A DNA stretch of 64,000 bases from the NCBI GenBank assembly GCA_965205335.1, contig OZ242164.1, positions 544,001 to 608,000 of the forward strand, given 5' to 3'. Position numbers and translations under genes: made by a program. The stretch comes from Candidatus Woesearchaeota archaeon. Its GTDB lineage: Archaea > Nanobdellota > Nanobdellia > Woesearchaeales > UBA583. Shown here in pieces: positions 20,802 through 31,501 of the stretch; positions within the stretch are counted from its first letter, which is position 1; the number at the start of each line of letters is the position of its first letter. The notes under the pieces were generated by a model. It saw only the letters and a program-made list of their open reading frames with translations, did not search any database and had not been told where the DNA came from.

Positions 20802-23800
20802 ATGTCATACATCAAAAGAATGAAACTAAAAGGGTTCAAATCATTTGCCAATCCAATAGTTTTAACATTTGAAAAGGGTTTCAACACAGTTATTGGTGCC
20901 AATGGTTCTGGAAAATCAAATGTATTTGATGCTCTGTGCTTCGTTCTAGGAAGAATGAGTTCAAAAGAACTTAGAACTGAAAAACTAGGGAATCTGGTTT
21001 TCAACGGCGGAAAGAACTTAAAACCATCAAAAGAAGCTCATGTTAGCGTTTATTTATCAAACGACAAAAGAGAACTGCTTGACAGCGATTTAAACGAGGT
21101 TAAAGTCACAAGAATAGTAACAAAAGAAGGAAAATCAAAATATCTCCTAAACAACGAAAAAGTTACAAGAACAGAGATTGTTGAAGTTTTAAACAGAGCA
21201 AGAATTGACCCTGATGGTTATAACATCATTCTTCAAGGAGACATCACAAGAATAGTTAACATGACTCCAAACGAGAGAAGAGAACTAATAGAAGAAATCT
21301 CAAACGTATGGGGTTATGAAGAAAAAAAACAAAAAGCAATTAAAAAATTAGACAAAGTTGAACTTGATTTAAAAGAAGCTGATCTTCTAATGGAAGAAAA
21401 AGCAAAATACATTAAAGAACTTAAATCAGAAAAAGAACAGGCGGAAAAATACAAAGTTGCAAAAGAAGATTTAAGATACAATAGGTTGCTTCTAATAAAA
21501 TCTAAAATTATCAGAAATACCTTCCTTAAAAAAAACAAAGAAAAAGAACTTGAAAAAAAAGAAGAGGAATTCACAAAATACAAGAACAAACTTGATGAAT
21601 TTGAGAAAATCTCAAAAGATATTGGCTCAAAAATTGAAAAAATCGGAAAAGAGATTGAAATTAAATCACATAACAACTTCATTTCTATTACTAATAAAAT
21701 CACAGAACTTGAATCAAATATAACTTCTCTAAAAGAGAAAAAAGCAGAACATAAAAAGCAAAAAGCAGAACTTGAAGGAAAAAACAAAAACCTTAAAGCA
21801 GACATTGAGAATAACAAAAAAGAAATTAAAAAACTTGAAATTCAGATTTTAGATTTGAACAAGAGAAAAGATATCACAAAAAAAGATTTTAACTCCTGCG
21901 ATGAAAAACTATCCAAACTAAAAAAGAATCTATCTTCTGATGTTTTCGAAAAAATTGAAGACATAGAAAAAGGGATTGAAGAACTAAATTCCAAAAAACA
22001 TGATAAAGGATTAATCAGATATGACAATGCAATCCAAATTGAAAAATTAAATACAAAAATTGAACACTTAGAAGAAGACAGAGCAAAGATTGAAAAATTA
22101 AACGCACAAAACAAAAGTTCAGCAAATGAATTAGAAACTCATAGAAAAGAACTCAAAAAATTAATTGTTCAAATCTCAGACAAAGCAAACAAGTCAAGTG
22201 AAACCTCCGCTAAACTAAACAGTCTTCAAAGGGAATATTCAGAAGTGGTTGAAGAAAACAACCGCCTTAAAATAAAACTTGATTCTTCTCGCGAGGCTAT
22301 TGCATTAAATAAAGCCGTTGATACAATAATAAAACTAAAACCATCAGACTCCTCAATACTTGGAACTGTTGCAGAACTTGCAAGCGTTAGTGAAAAATAC
22401 TCAAAAGCTCTTGAAACTGCGGCAGGCAAATCCTTATTCAATATCGTTGTACGTGACGATAGAACTGCAATTAAACATATCAACTATCTAAAAGAACACA
22501 AAATAGGAAGTGCTACTTTTCTGCCTCTAAACAAAGTTAATGCCAAAGTTCATTTAGATAATCAAGTTCTTGCAAAAAGAGGTGTTATTGATTATGCCCT
22601 TAATCTAATTAAATTCAACAAAGAATACGAAAGCATTTTTAATTTAATATTTGGAGATTTGCTTATTATTGAAAGAATCGAAGATGCAAAATCCATTGGC
22701 ATTGGGGATTATAAAATGGTAAGTCTTGACGGTGATTTCGTTTCAAAATCAGGTGCTATGTCAGGTGGATTTAAATCAAGAAAAAACAGTTTAGGATTAC
22801 TTAAAGACAATAAACTTGAAAAGAAAGCAAAAGATATAGAAAACAGAGCATTAAGCCTTAAATCAGCCATTAATCACTTGCAAGAAGAAAAAGAAAATAC
22901 AGAAAAAGAAATATATGATTTAAGACATCACAAAATTGAAGTTGAAGGTGAGATTGCAAAACTTGAAAAACTTCTCTCAATTGAAGGACGTGACATAAGT
23001 ACTCTAAACTCAGACATTGAAAATATTTTATCTGATAAAATAATTATTGAAAACAGCCTGAAAAAAATAGATAAAGATATTAACCAACTTAACTCTCAAA
23101 TTGAAAAATTAAACTCTAAGAAAAATGAACTCAAAGTACATTCAGGAAGTTCTGGAAATGTTATAAAAGATATTAGCGAATTTGAAGGCCAAAGAGAGAA
23201 ACTTCGCGAGAAACTATCAGAAATAACATCAGAAATTGATACGCGAAATATCCAAATTAAAAATGTTTTAACACCTGATATTACCCAGTCAATGAAAAAT
23301 CTAAGTGAGGGGGAATCTGCACTAACGAATATTTCAAAATTACTCAAAGAATTAGACAACGAAATTAAGAAATCCCAATCTTCTTTAAAGGAAAATCAGG
23401 CAATAGAAAAAGAACTATCAAAGGAACACAAAGGACTTATTTCACAAAGAGATAATCTGCGTGAAGATAAAAAGAAACTTGAATTAAAATACGAAAAAGA
23501 ATTTAACCTGTTTGATAAAATAAAAGAACAATGTTCACAGATAAGGCACACCATCTCAGAATTTAATACCTTAAATGAGACATTAGATGAAGAACTTGAA
23601 ACATCTTATAAAGACGTTAAGATGGAACTTTTATCTGATGATGAGACAACAGGGAAAGGTAAATTAGAAGAATTATTAAATTCCGTTGAAAAGGCTTTAT
23701 CCCAGAATTTATGGGATGTTAAAGAACTTCAAAACAAAGTTAATAACCTAAAATCAAGAATTAGTTCCTTTGGAGCAATTAATATGAAAGCAGTTGAAGT

Positions 23801-24413
23801 TTATGACAAACTAAACGAAGAATTTTCAAAATTGCTTGAGAAAAGAGAAACTCTCAACAATGAAAGAAGAGACATTCTTAATTTTGTAGAGGAGATGGAC
23901 AATAAGAAAAGAGAGAGATTTATGGAAACATTTAATGAACTTAAAACTAATTTCACTCATGTTTTCTCCAAATTATCAACAAAAGGAGAAGTTGAAATTA
24001 TAATTGAAGACGAAAAAAATTTATGGGAGAGCGGGGTTTTAATAAGAGTTAAACTGTCCCAGAAAAATTACTTAGACATTAAAGCTCTGTCAGGAGGGGA
24101 GAAGAGTATTACCGCTGTTGCATTTATTTTTGCAGTTCAGGAATTCAACCCTGCATCCTTCTACATATTTGATGAAATTGATGCCTCTCTTGATATTGTA
24201 AATTGTGAAAAACTTGGAAAACTTGTCCGTGAGAATGCCCACAAGGCTCAGTATATTGTAGTTAGTCACAGCGAACGTTTTATTCAGTCCGCCCAGAGCA
24301 TTTATGGGGTTACAATGGACAACTCAAAAATCAGTTCAATTGTATCACTTGACTTAAAAGGAATGAAAGACTATGTAGACACTAATGCAACCCCTGCCCC
24401 TAATGAAGTTTAA
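20802..24413 (+). CDS. smc: chromosome segregation protein SMC
   Basis: GFKSF, GANGSGKSN, hinge region, LSGGEKS and DEIDASLD motifs. Confidence 0.96.
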   Translation: MSYIKRMKLKGFKSFANPIVLTFEKGFNTVIGANGSGKSNVFDALCFVLGRMSSKELRTEKLGNLVFNGGKNLKPSKEAHVSVYLSNDKRELLDSDLNEVKVTRIVTKEGKSKYLLNNEKVTRTEIVEVLNRARIDPDGYNIILQGDITRIVNMTPNERRELIEEISNVWGYEEKKQKAIKKLDKVELDLKEADLLMEEKAKYIKELKSEKEQAEKYKVAKEDLRYNRLLLIKSKIIRNTFLKKNKEKELEKKEEEFTKYKNKLDEFEKISKDIGSKIEKIGKEIEIKSHNNFISITNKITELESNITSLKEKKAEHKKQKAELEGKNKNLKADIENNKKEIKKLEIQILDLNKRKDITKKDFNSCDEKLSKLKKNLSSDVFEKIEDIEKGIEELNSKKHDKGLIRYDNAIQIEKLNTKIEHLEEDRAKIEKLNAQNKSSANELETHRKELKKLIVQISDKANKSSETSAKLNSLQREYSEVVEENNRLKIKLDSSREAIALNKAVDTIIKLKPSDSSILGTVAELASVSEKYSKALETAAGKSLFNIVVRDDRTAIKHINYLKEHKIGSATFLPLNKVNAKVHLDNQVLAKRGVIDYALNLIKFNKEYESIFNLIFGDLLIIERIEDAKSIGIGDYKMVSLDGDFVSKSGAMSGGFKSRKNSLGLLKDNKLEKKAKDIENRALSLKSAINHLQEEKENTEKEIYDLRHHKIEVEGEIAKLEKLLSIEGRDISTLNSDIENILSDKIIIENSLKKIDKDINQLNSQIEKLNSKKNELKVHSGSSGNVIKDISEFEGQREKLREKLSEITSEIDTRNIQIKNVLTPDITQSMKNLSEGESALTNISKLLKELDNEIKKSQSSLKENQAIEKELSKEHKGLISQRDNLREDKKKLELKYEKEFNLFDKIKEQCSQIRHTISEFNTLNETLDEELETSYKDVKMELLSDDETTGKGKLEELLNSVEKALSQNLWDVKELQNKVNNLKSRISSFGAINMKAVEVYDKLNEEFSKLLEKRETLNNERRDILNFVEEMDNKKRERFMETFNELKTNFTHVFSKLSTKGEVEIIIEDEKNLWESGVLIRVKLSQKNYLDIKALSGGEKSITAVAFIFAVQEFNPASFYIFDEIDASLDIVNCEKLGKLVRENAHKAQYIVVSHSERFIQSAQSIYGVTMDNSKISSIVSLDLKGMKDYVDTNATPAPNEV

Positions 24414-24439
24414 CTTTTAATAAACAATAAATCTAATTC

Positions 24440-24694
24440 TCAGAGGGTTTCAAGAGTCTTTAGAATATCATCCATCTCATCCTTTGGAATCTTCTTTTTA
24501 GTAAAACTCTTATTCCCAACAGACAACCTATTAATTTTATCATTTAAAATTGCAAGAGCAACCCAAATCTGAGCCTTTGACTTATCCTCTGCTCTAGAAA
24601 TTGCATAATCATATTCCTTAGTCTCCTTCACCAACTCACTTAAATTCTGCTCAATTAAAGAATCCAAATTTTCCCTAAATTCCCTGTCTGTCAT
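24440..24694 (-). CDS. small hypothetical protein
   Basis: 84-aa ORF with upstream TATA box. Confidence 0.6.
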   Translation of the reverse strand: MTDREFRENLDSLIEQNLSELVKETKEYDYAISRAEDKSKAQIWVALAILNDKINRLSVGNKSFTKKKIPKDEMDDILKTLETL

Positions 24695-24811
24695 AAATAC
24701 TTATAGGTTAACTTTACTTATAAACTTTGCTTTTGTCTTTAAATAGTTGCGACAAACAGAAAAATTTATAAATACCTAACATTGGCGATTAACTACCAAG
24801 GAGATATAAAA

Positions 24812-25189
24812 ATGAAAGGAACTAAATGTAAATTAAAAATTCTGGTGGGAATTCTAATTGCTCTCCTTATAATTATTGGATTCATTATATTATACCAATC
24901 CACAAATGAAGATGTAAAAACTCAGCCACCAGTCAATTCAAGCACTGAAATAGTGGATTTTAAACCATTACAAAAAATGGAAAAACCAAAAACTACACAA
25001 ATCGTAACAGATAAATTCACTCAGAAATTAGATACAAAAGGCAATGTTGTTGTGGTAAAAGTAGATGGTAAAATGTACATAGCTCGAAAAGGAACAGTCC
25101 TAACAGATGGGATGATAATAACTGCAAACAAAGAATCATACGAAATAAGAAGACTAAACAATGAAAGAGCATCTGTTTCATCAAATTAA
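24812..25189 (+). CDS. hypothetical membrane-anchored protein
   Basis: N-terminal TM segment; start moved to MKGTKC. Confidence 0.6.
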   Translation: MKGTKCKLKILVGILIALLIIIGFIILYQSTNEDVKTQPPVNSSTEIVDFKPLQKMEKPKTTQIVTDKFTQKLDTKGNVVVVKVDGKMYIARKGTVLTDGMIITANKESYEIRRLNNERASVSSN

Positions 25190-25283
25190 ACTCTTATTTT
25201 TCCTTCTTTTATGATCTATAAACTTTAACCAAAAACCCTAGCAAACAAAACATAAAGAATTCAGATACTGCTTCAAAGTTAAA

Positions 25284-28200
25284 ATGGCTCAATATATTTG
25301 TAAACTAAAATTAAACTATATGGAACTAGTCAAAGATGATACAATTAAAAAAATCATACTAGTTTTAGTTCTTCTTTTTGGAGTATCCTTAGTTCTCGGA
25401 GCAACAAGCAATGGCGAGCCAGATTTTTATGATGATCCCTATGCACCTAACTCTTATGATGATCCCTACTCTTCTGGATCTTATAATGATCCCCATACAC
25501 CTAACTATGATGATCCCTACACTCCTGGATTTTATGATGATCCCTATGCACCTGGCTATTATGATCCCCATACACCTAACCATGATGATCCCTATGCACC
25601 TGGCTATTATGATCCCCATACACCTAACTATGATGATCCCTACACTCCTGGATTTTATGATGATCCCTATACACCTGGATTTTATGATAATAATTATGAT
25701 GCTGTGGATGGAGTTTGCGGTGTAGATGTTGATACATGTAAAAACGGGACCTACAAGAGCCTTCTGGATAATTCAACCCATTATTTATGGAATTGCATAG
25801 GATTAAATGGTGGAAGTGATGCATCTTGCAGTAAACCAAAATCTTCTACTGATGGAGTATGTGATAATTCTGGAAGAAATAGATGTTCAAGTGGAAGTTC
25901 TAATGATGGAGCACATGCAGATACAACTTGTGAGCATAGATGGCGTTGTGATGGAGTACGTGGAGGAAGTAATTCGGGTATGTGCAGTATAGTCAAACCA
26001 AGCCGAATTGTAAATGGAGTATGTGATAATTCTGGAAGGAATAGATGTTCAAGTGGAGATGATAATGATGAGGCTGTCACAGATACAACCACTCACTATA
26101 GATGGCGTTGTGGTGGAAGTTGTGGTGGAAGTAATTCAGGAACGTGTAGTTATCCTATACCACCATCTTCTATTGATGGTGTTTGTGGTTCAAGTGTTAA
26201 TAGTTGTATTGATGGAACTTTGAGTGATATTGGAGATAATTCAACCCATTATTTATGGAATTGCATAGGATTAAATGGTGGAAGTGATGCATCTTGCAGT
26301 AAACCAAAATCTTCTACTGATGGAGTATGTGATAATTCTGGAAGAAATAGATGTTCAAGTGGAAGTTCTAATGATGGAGCACATGCAGATACAACTTGTG
26401 AGCATAGATGGCGTTGTGATGGAGTACGTGGAGGAAGTAATTCGGGTATGTGCAGTATAGTCAAACCAAGCCGAATTGTAAATGGAGTATGTGATAATTC
26501 TGGAAGGAATAGATGTTCAAGTGGAGATGATAATGATGAGGCTGTCACAGATACAACCACTCACTATAGATGGCGTTGTGGTGGAAGTTGTGGTGGAAGT
26601 AATTCAGGAACGTGTAGTTATCCTATACCACCATCTTCTATTGATGGTGTTTGTGGTTCAAGTGTTAATAGTTGTATTGATGGAACTTTGAGTGATATTG
26701 GAGATAATTCAACCCATTATTTATGGAATTGCATAGGGTTAAATGGCGGAAGTAACGCTTCATGTAATGAAAGAATATCATTAAATGAAGATGATAATAC
26801 CTCAAATAGAAATAATTCTAATAATAATTCAGAAAAGATTAAATTAAATATTATTTTTGGCTCATATTATGATAAATTATACCGTCCTTCTCAAGAACAT
26901 ATTCAACTTGAATTTTCACAGAGAAATCTCTTTATGAATTGCAATGAGTTTGAAATCGATATTACACTAAATAATGAGTTTAACTACAAATATGATTTTC
27001 AAAAAAGAGTGATTCCTGTGCATCTTGGTATTGGTCTTTTCGACATAACACTTGATGAACTCAGAAATGAATCAGACACTGTTAAGTATAACGCAGTTCT
27101 ATCTGGAAAATGTGAAAACAATCCTAACAAAAGAACAACACTCTTATCGCAAGAAGGAACATTTCAAATACCTCCTTTTGATGTTACCTATGATCGGCTT
27201 ACTAATAAGATAAGAATTAAACTCCCTGGATATACCCATTTAGAAAATTATGATATATATATGTTTAATATTACATTACACAATAAATTTAGTCTCACGT
27301 CTATATTTGAACAACTTTCAAATAGAAAAGAATCATTTATAGAATTTAGTGTTGAACCTTCATTATTAGATAAACTTAGAGAAGAACCAGACTTAGTTAA
27401 ATACAATGCAATTCTTTATGGAGGAAAAACTGTAGGAGGGGATGAAAACCATTTGAATTTCAGCAAAATACTTGGTTCACAAGAAGGACTGTTTCTAATC
27501 CAGTTTCTAACCCTGTATGGTGAACAGTATGGTGAAGAAGGATGTGGGGGATACTGTGATATAGGACCTTTTCTATGGATGGGTGATGGAGATCACTCAA
27601 AATATGACTTATTTTTTGTATTTGAGGGCAAAACAGTTGAGGAAGTAGAGGACCAATTAGATAGACATTTTAGAAACGGAGATTATTCTTTGTTTAAAAC
27701 AAACCCTTTTATTGAACAAGAAGATAAGTTTAATATTTATTATGCAATAATTTCAGATGCATATGATTATAAACTGAATAAGGAATGTAAATGGGGAACT
27801 TATCCCAGACCAGATTCTCATTTCAACAACATCTTCGCTCAATATGATTGGATAGATGGAGAAGTTCATTTTAGTCAGAACCCATCTGTATGGCCTTATG
27901 CTAAGTATGGTAAGTATATTCAGATGTCTTATGCTTGTTACAGATCTGTTTGGGGTGTCAATTGGGATAAAACTTTTGTCCATGAATTTGGGCATCTGTT
28001 CGGCTCTTTGAGAGATGAATACATTTATCCTTCTTTATCAGATAATAATGCTCGTTCACATGACAGAAAAAATTGTCTTTACATAAGGGAACTAGTGGGT
28101 AAAAAATGTGAAAATGGATGTGAACTAAAAGGAACTCACAGATGGGAACATATTCCAAACTTTGATGGAGAAGTACTCTCTGGATGTAAACATCCTCTTC

Positions 28201-28328
28201 TTTTTAGGGGTGAATTTAATAGTATCATGAGAAACGAATTGCAATTTTATAAAGACACTTGGGCAGGTGGTTGGGGTCCAGTTAATGAGTATTATCTAAG
28301 AGAAAAGTTAGAGGAGAATTATAGTTAA
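25284..28328 (+). CDS. secreted repeat protein with C-terminal M64-like zinc metallopeptidase domain
   Basis: Signal peptide, YDDPYxPG repeats, Cys-rich modules, FVHEFGHLFGSLRDEY and SIMR; true start may be 25320. Confidence 0.75.
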   Translation: MAQYICKLKLNYMELVKDDTIKKIILVLVLLFGVSLVLGATSNGEPDFYDDPYAPNSYDDPYSSGSYNDPHTPNYDDPYTPGFYDDPYAPGYYDPHTPNHDDPYAPGYYDPHTPNYDDPYTPGFYDDPYTPGFYDNNYDAVDGVCGVDVDTCKNGTYKSLLDNSTHYLWNCIGLNGGSDASCSKPKSSTDGVCDNSGRNRCSSGSSNDGAHADTTCEHRWRCDGVRGGSNSGMCSIVKPSRIVNGVCDNSGRNRCSSGDDNDEAVTDTTTHYRWRCGGSCGGSNSGTCSYPIPPSSIDGVCGSSVNSCIDGTLSDIGDNSTHYLWNCIGLNGGSDASCSKPKSSTDGVCDNSGRNRCSSGSSNDGAHADTTCEHRWRCDGVRGGSNSGMCSIVKPSRIVNGVCDNSGRNRCSSGDDNDEAVTDTTTHYRWRCGGSCGGSNSGTCSYPIPPSSIDGVCGSSVNSCIDGTLSDIGDNSTHYLWNCIGLNGGSNASCNERISLNEDDNTSNRNNSNNNSEKIKLNIIFGSYYDKLYRPSQEHIQLEFSQRNLFMNCNEFEIDITLNNEFNYKYDFQKRVIPVHLGIGLFDITLDELRNESDTVKYNAVLSGKCENNPNKRTTLLSQEGTFQIPPFDVTYDRLTNKIRIKLPGYTHLENYDIYMFNITLHNKFSLTSIFEQLSNRKESFIEFSVEPSLLDKLREEPDLVKYNAILYGGKTVGGDENHLNFSKILGSQEGLFLIQFLTLYGEQYGEEGCGGYCDIGPFLWMGDGDHSKYDLFFVFEGKTVEEVEDQLDRHFRNGDYSLFKTNPFIEQEDKFNIYYAIISDAYDYKLNKECKWGTYPRPDSHFNNIFAQYDWIDGEVHFSQNPSVWPYAKYGKYIQMSYACYRSVWGVNWDKTFVHEFGHLFGSLRDEYIYPSLSDNNARSHDRKNCLYIRELVGKKCENGCELKGTHRWEHIPNFDGEVLSGCKHPLLFRGEFNSIMRNELQFYKDTWAGGWGPVNEYYLREKLEENYS
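25427..25690. repeat. short tandem repeats encoding YDDP(Y/H)xP(G/N)
   Basis: Repeated TATGATGATCCC units of about 21-24 bp. Confidence 0.85.
25767..26762. repeat. 468-bp tandem duplication (2 apparently identical copies plus a partial third)
   Basis: GATAATTCAACCCATTATTTATGG at 25767, 26235 and 26703. Confidence 0.92.
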
Positions 28329-28329
28329 A

Positions 28330-29118
28330 ATGAAACGAAAAATATTTTTAATACTATTATTTTTGATTGGTCTTTCAGCAGGAGTTTATGGTGATAGTGC
28401 GGGAGATGAACGTATGGAAATAATGGGAATTACCCTAAGCTATTTTAGTGGAGAATTTGAAATTAAAGATGTTTACATTATTACTGGATTTCCAAGTAAA
28501 GAACTCGAGTTTCCAACACATACTCTTAGTGTACTCAATAAGAAAGAAAAGAGCCTTTACTCTGTTAAATTCTCAATAGAAGATGTGTATTTTTCCCCGC
28601 CTGAGGAACATTGGTTTGATGAAGATGGAAATCAGATTTACATCCCAGAATTTGTAGAACAGGAAATCAGTCAAATTATTTTTGTTCCATACTTAAAAGA
28701 TGGATACTACATAACTGTTGAAGATTTGGAGGGAAATGAACTTCTAAGGGATGAAATAAAAAAATGGTTTGGAATTATCAGCGATGATATAAAGTATGAG
28801 ATAAAACTAGATAAAGAAAATAATATTAAAGATAACATATTATATGAGAATGTGGATGTACAAGAATATGAATTGGATAAGAGGGATAGTATAGAAAAGA
28901 ATGAACCAGACAAGGAAGAAGATAATGACAAGGATTATGGACAGAATGAAAAAAATGATATTGAAAATAAAGGATTGAACGAGAAAGATAAAATAGAAGA
29001 AAACGAAAAAGGGGGGAAAATAGTGATGTGGTTTTTCCTGATTTCAATTATAATAATTGTTGTATACACAATTGGAATTCTGTATCTTACACATATTAAT
29101 AAAAAACATAGGACTTAA
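28330..29118 (+). CDS. secreted protein with acidic linker and C-terminal membrane anchor
   Basis: Signal peptide and C-terminal TM segment; starts 1 bp after the upstream gene. Confidence 0.7.
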   Translation: MKRKIFLILLFLIGLSAGVYGDSAGDERMEIMGITLSYFSGEFEIKDVYIITGFPSKELEFPTHTLSVLNKKEKSLYSVKFSIEDVYFSPPEEHWFDEDGNQIYIPEFVEQEISQIIFVPYLKDGYYITVEDLEGNELLRDEIKKWFGIISDDIKYEIKLDKENNIKDNILYENVDVQEYELDKRDSIEKNEPDKEEDNDKDYGQNEKNDIENKGLNEKDKIEENEKGGKIVMWFFLISIIIIVVYTIGILYLTHINKKHRT

Positions 29119-29201
29119 TTCCTGCTCTAAAATATTTGAGTGGTATACTCAGATGATATTAAGGCAGATTTAATTAAGAGAATAAAAAAAATTAAACTGA
29201 A

Positions 29202-29573
29202 TTAAACCAACACACCATATAAAGTAGCATTCTGCCCGGGTCTTGATGTAATCCTTACATCTCCCTTATCGGTTTTAACAATTGCACCCTTCGTTATAAT
29301 ATTACGTCTTGTATAATTAATATTTGAAGGATTTGACACTACGCTTTCAATCTTAGCTTTTACTATTTTATTATCCTTGTTAATGCACACAATATTATGC
29401 GATAACAATTGCCTCTTTGAATTTCCTCCAAGAGTCCTCTTAACCTTAACTCTCTTCTCCCCAATATGAGTTAGAGCAGAACTTCCGCCCAAATCAGATA
29501 ATCTTTTCTTTCTAACTCCTAAGTACTTTTTTCCAGACACCTTCCTCTTTGATCTAAATTGAGATCTTGCCAT
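29202..29573 (-). CDS. rps8e: 30S ribosomal protein S8e
   Basis: RSKRKVSG, RRNIITKGAI and TSRPGQ motifs. Confidence 0.95.
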   Translation of the reverse strand: MARSQFRSKRKVSGKKYLGVRKKRLSDLGGSSALTHIGEKRVKVKRTLGGNSKRQLLSHNIVCINKDNKIVKAKIESVVSNPSNINYTRRNIITKGAIVKTDKGDVRITSRPGQNATLYGVLV

Positions 29574-30152
29574 TTACCTTAACCTCCTATTATTTGCCCT
29601 TAGCGAAGGTCTTCCCTTCTCAGTTCCAGAACCCCTCTTTCTAAGCCCTCTTGCCTTATTCCCAGCAGACGTTAAACCTCTTGATGCTCTCTTTGTATGC
29701 TTATTTAACACAATCCAACTTATATCCTTATCAGCCAAAATCTGAGTATGATAAACATCAACTAAAATAACCTCATACCAATAATACTTCTCATCATCCC
29801 CAACCCAATATGAATTCAAAACCTCTAAATTAGGAAATCTCCTTGCAACTCTTTCCTCAGAAATCCACTTATAATTCTTACTCTGGGCAATCCTTGTTGA
29901 AAGATTCCCTCCATCTCTTCCTCCCATTATTCGAGGATTCTTTGAACCTGAGCGAATAACTCTTACTCTAACAACAACAAACCCCTGCTTTGCTTTATAT
30001 CCTAAAGATCTTGCTCTATCAATTCTGGTCGGATAATCAACTCTAACAATTGCTCTCTCTCTTCTCCAATGAACTAAATTCTCCTTATAAGAATCCCTAA
30101 TATTCTTTCTGGGCTGTTCCCATGCTTTCTTAATATACTTTAAATATCCCAT
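29574..30152 (-). CDS. rpl15e: 50S ribosomal protein L15e
   Basis: RARSLGYKAKQG, LEVLNSYWVG and RGLTSAG motifs. Confidence 0.97.
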   Translation of the reverse strand: MGYLKYIKKAWEQPRKNIRDSYKENLVHWRRERAIVRVDYPTRIDRARSLGYKAKQGFVVVRVRVIRSGSKNPRIMGGRDGGNLSTRIAQSKNYKWISEERVARRFPNLEVLNSYWVGDDEKYYWYEVILVDVYHTQILADKDISWIVLNKHTKRASRGLTSAGNKARGLRKRGSGTEKGRPSLRANNRRLR

Positions 30153-30328
30153 TTTGAACTATGAAATCATGATAACAAGAAATACAAAAATCTTATCACC
30201 AATCTTTCGAAAAGGTGCTTTAAGTCATGTAACCTGCTACGATCTTATGTCCTCATCGTCAATTAGAATTTATGACTATAAAAAACAAATAAAGGATGTT
30301 TTATAAAGATTATTATGCTACACAGATT

Positions 30329-30496
30329 ATGGCAGAAGATAATACAATTAATGTTAAAGACTTGGATTTGATTGATGAGGCATACGACAGAGTAGATGTC
30401 TTAGTTGAAATACTTGATAAAAAAGGAATTATAAGCAAAAAAGAATATGAAACAAAACTAAACCAATTTCTTGATGAAAAATATTCTAAAAATTAA
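30329..30496 (+). CDS. small hypothetical protein
   Basis: MAEDNTINV...LVEILDKKGIISKKEY; TATA box about 25 nt upstream. Confidence 0.6.
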   Translation: MAEDNTINVKDLDLIDEAYDRVDVLVEILDKKGIISKKEYETKLNQFLDEKYSKN

Positions 30497-30526
30497 ACTC
30501 TGAAATACTTGTAAAGATTTATCCCA

Positions 30527-31441
30527 TTAATTCTTATCCTTCTTATTATTAAGCCACCACAAAAGCACGCTTGAATTCATGCACCAAGTTGAAATAAAAT
30601 CAACAACTAAACCAATAACTAATATTAAAGCAATCTCAAAAATAACATCAGAATTAGTTATAATAAGAGCACAAATACCTGCAAGCAATGTTGTAACAGA
30701 CATCAAAACACCAGTCTTAAGCGCAAAACCTGTCTTCTCAAAATAATCATCCCCTCTCTCCTTAAACACTCTATTTGTTAAAAGAATATCAGTATCAATA
30801 GAATAACCTAAAATCATAAGCAAAGCGCCAATCCCTGCAATTGACACCTTAAACTCCATTGCATTCAAAACTCCAACAGTCACAATCAAATCAAAAATTG
30901 CAGAAAGAACAACAGCAATACTTGGAACGAATTCTCTAAAATAAATAAAAATAACTCCTGACATCAAAACAAGTGAAATAACTAAAATATACACTGCCTG
31001 CCTAAAAAAAGCACCTGACAAAGTAGGACTTATAAAATTTGAAGAATAATTCTGGGAGAACTCTAATTCAATACCATACCTGTCAGAAACAAATTCCATA
31101 AGTAAATTCTCCTCTAAATCCGTATCAATTATAAAACCTGCTCTCTCGCCCTCACTTGATAAATCAGAAACCGAGAAAGAATTACCCGCAAAACTCCTCT
31201 CTAATTCTATCTGTAAAGATTGGGCAGATTCCAGTGTATCAACAGTAACCGCAGCAGACAAACCACCCTTTAAAGAAACATCCCTATAAATCGGAGTACC
31301 ATCATTAGAAACTGCAACAAATATAAAAATAATAGATAAAAAAAACAAAACCGCTGGAAGAATTAAAAATTTCTTATAATTATTCTTATAGAAGTCTAAA
31401 AAATTGAAACTACCTTTGATTTTATGCCCTTTACTCACCAT
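30527..31441 (-). CDS. secF: protein translocase subunit SecF
   Basis: LKGG, GYSIDTDILLT and GLVVDFISTW motifs; 6 TM segments. Confidence 0.9.
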   Translation of the reverse strand: MVSKGHKIKGSFNFLDFYKNNYKKFLILPAVLFFLSIIFIFVAVSNDGTPIYRDVSLKGGLSAAVTVDTLESAQSLQIELERSFAGNSFSVSDLSSEGERAGFIIDTDLEENLLMEFVSDRYGIELEFSQNYSSNFISPTLSGAFFRQAVYILVISLVLMSGVIFIYFREFVPSIAVVLSAIFDLIVTVGVLNAMEFKVSIAGIGALLMILGYSIDTDILLTNRVFKERGDDYFEKTGFALKTGVLMSVTTLLAGICALIITNSDVIFEIALILVIGLVVDFISTWCMNSSVLLWWLNNKKDKN

Positions 31442-31501
31442 AAAAAACTAATTAATACCCCATTTAAAAAGGTTTCCCGTAACCCCATTCAACTCTCTAA
31501 T

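Noticed and set aside
25389-26691. Many short alternative-frame ORFs, some duplicated
   Set aside because: Shadows of the repeats in the 1014-aa gene
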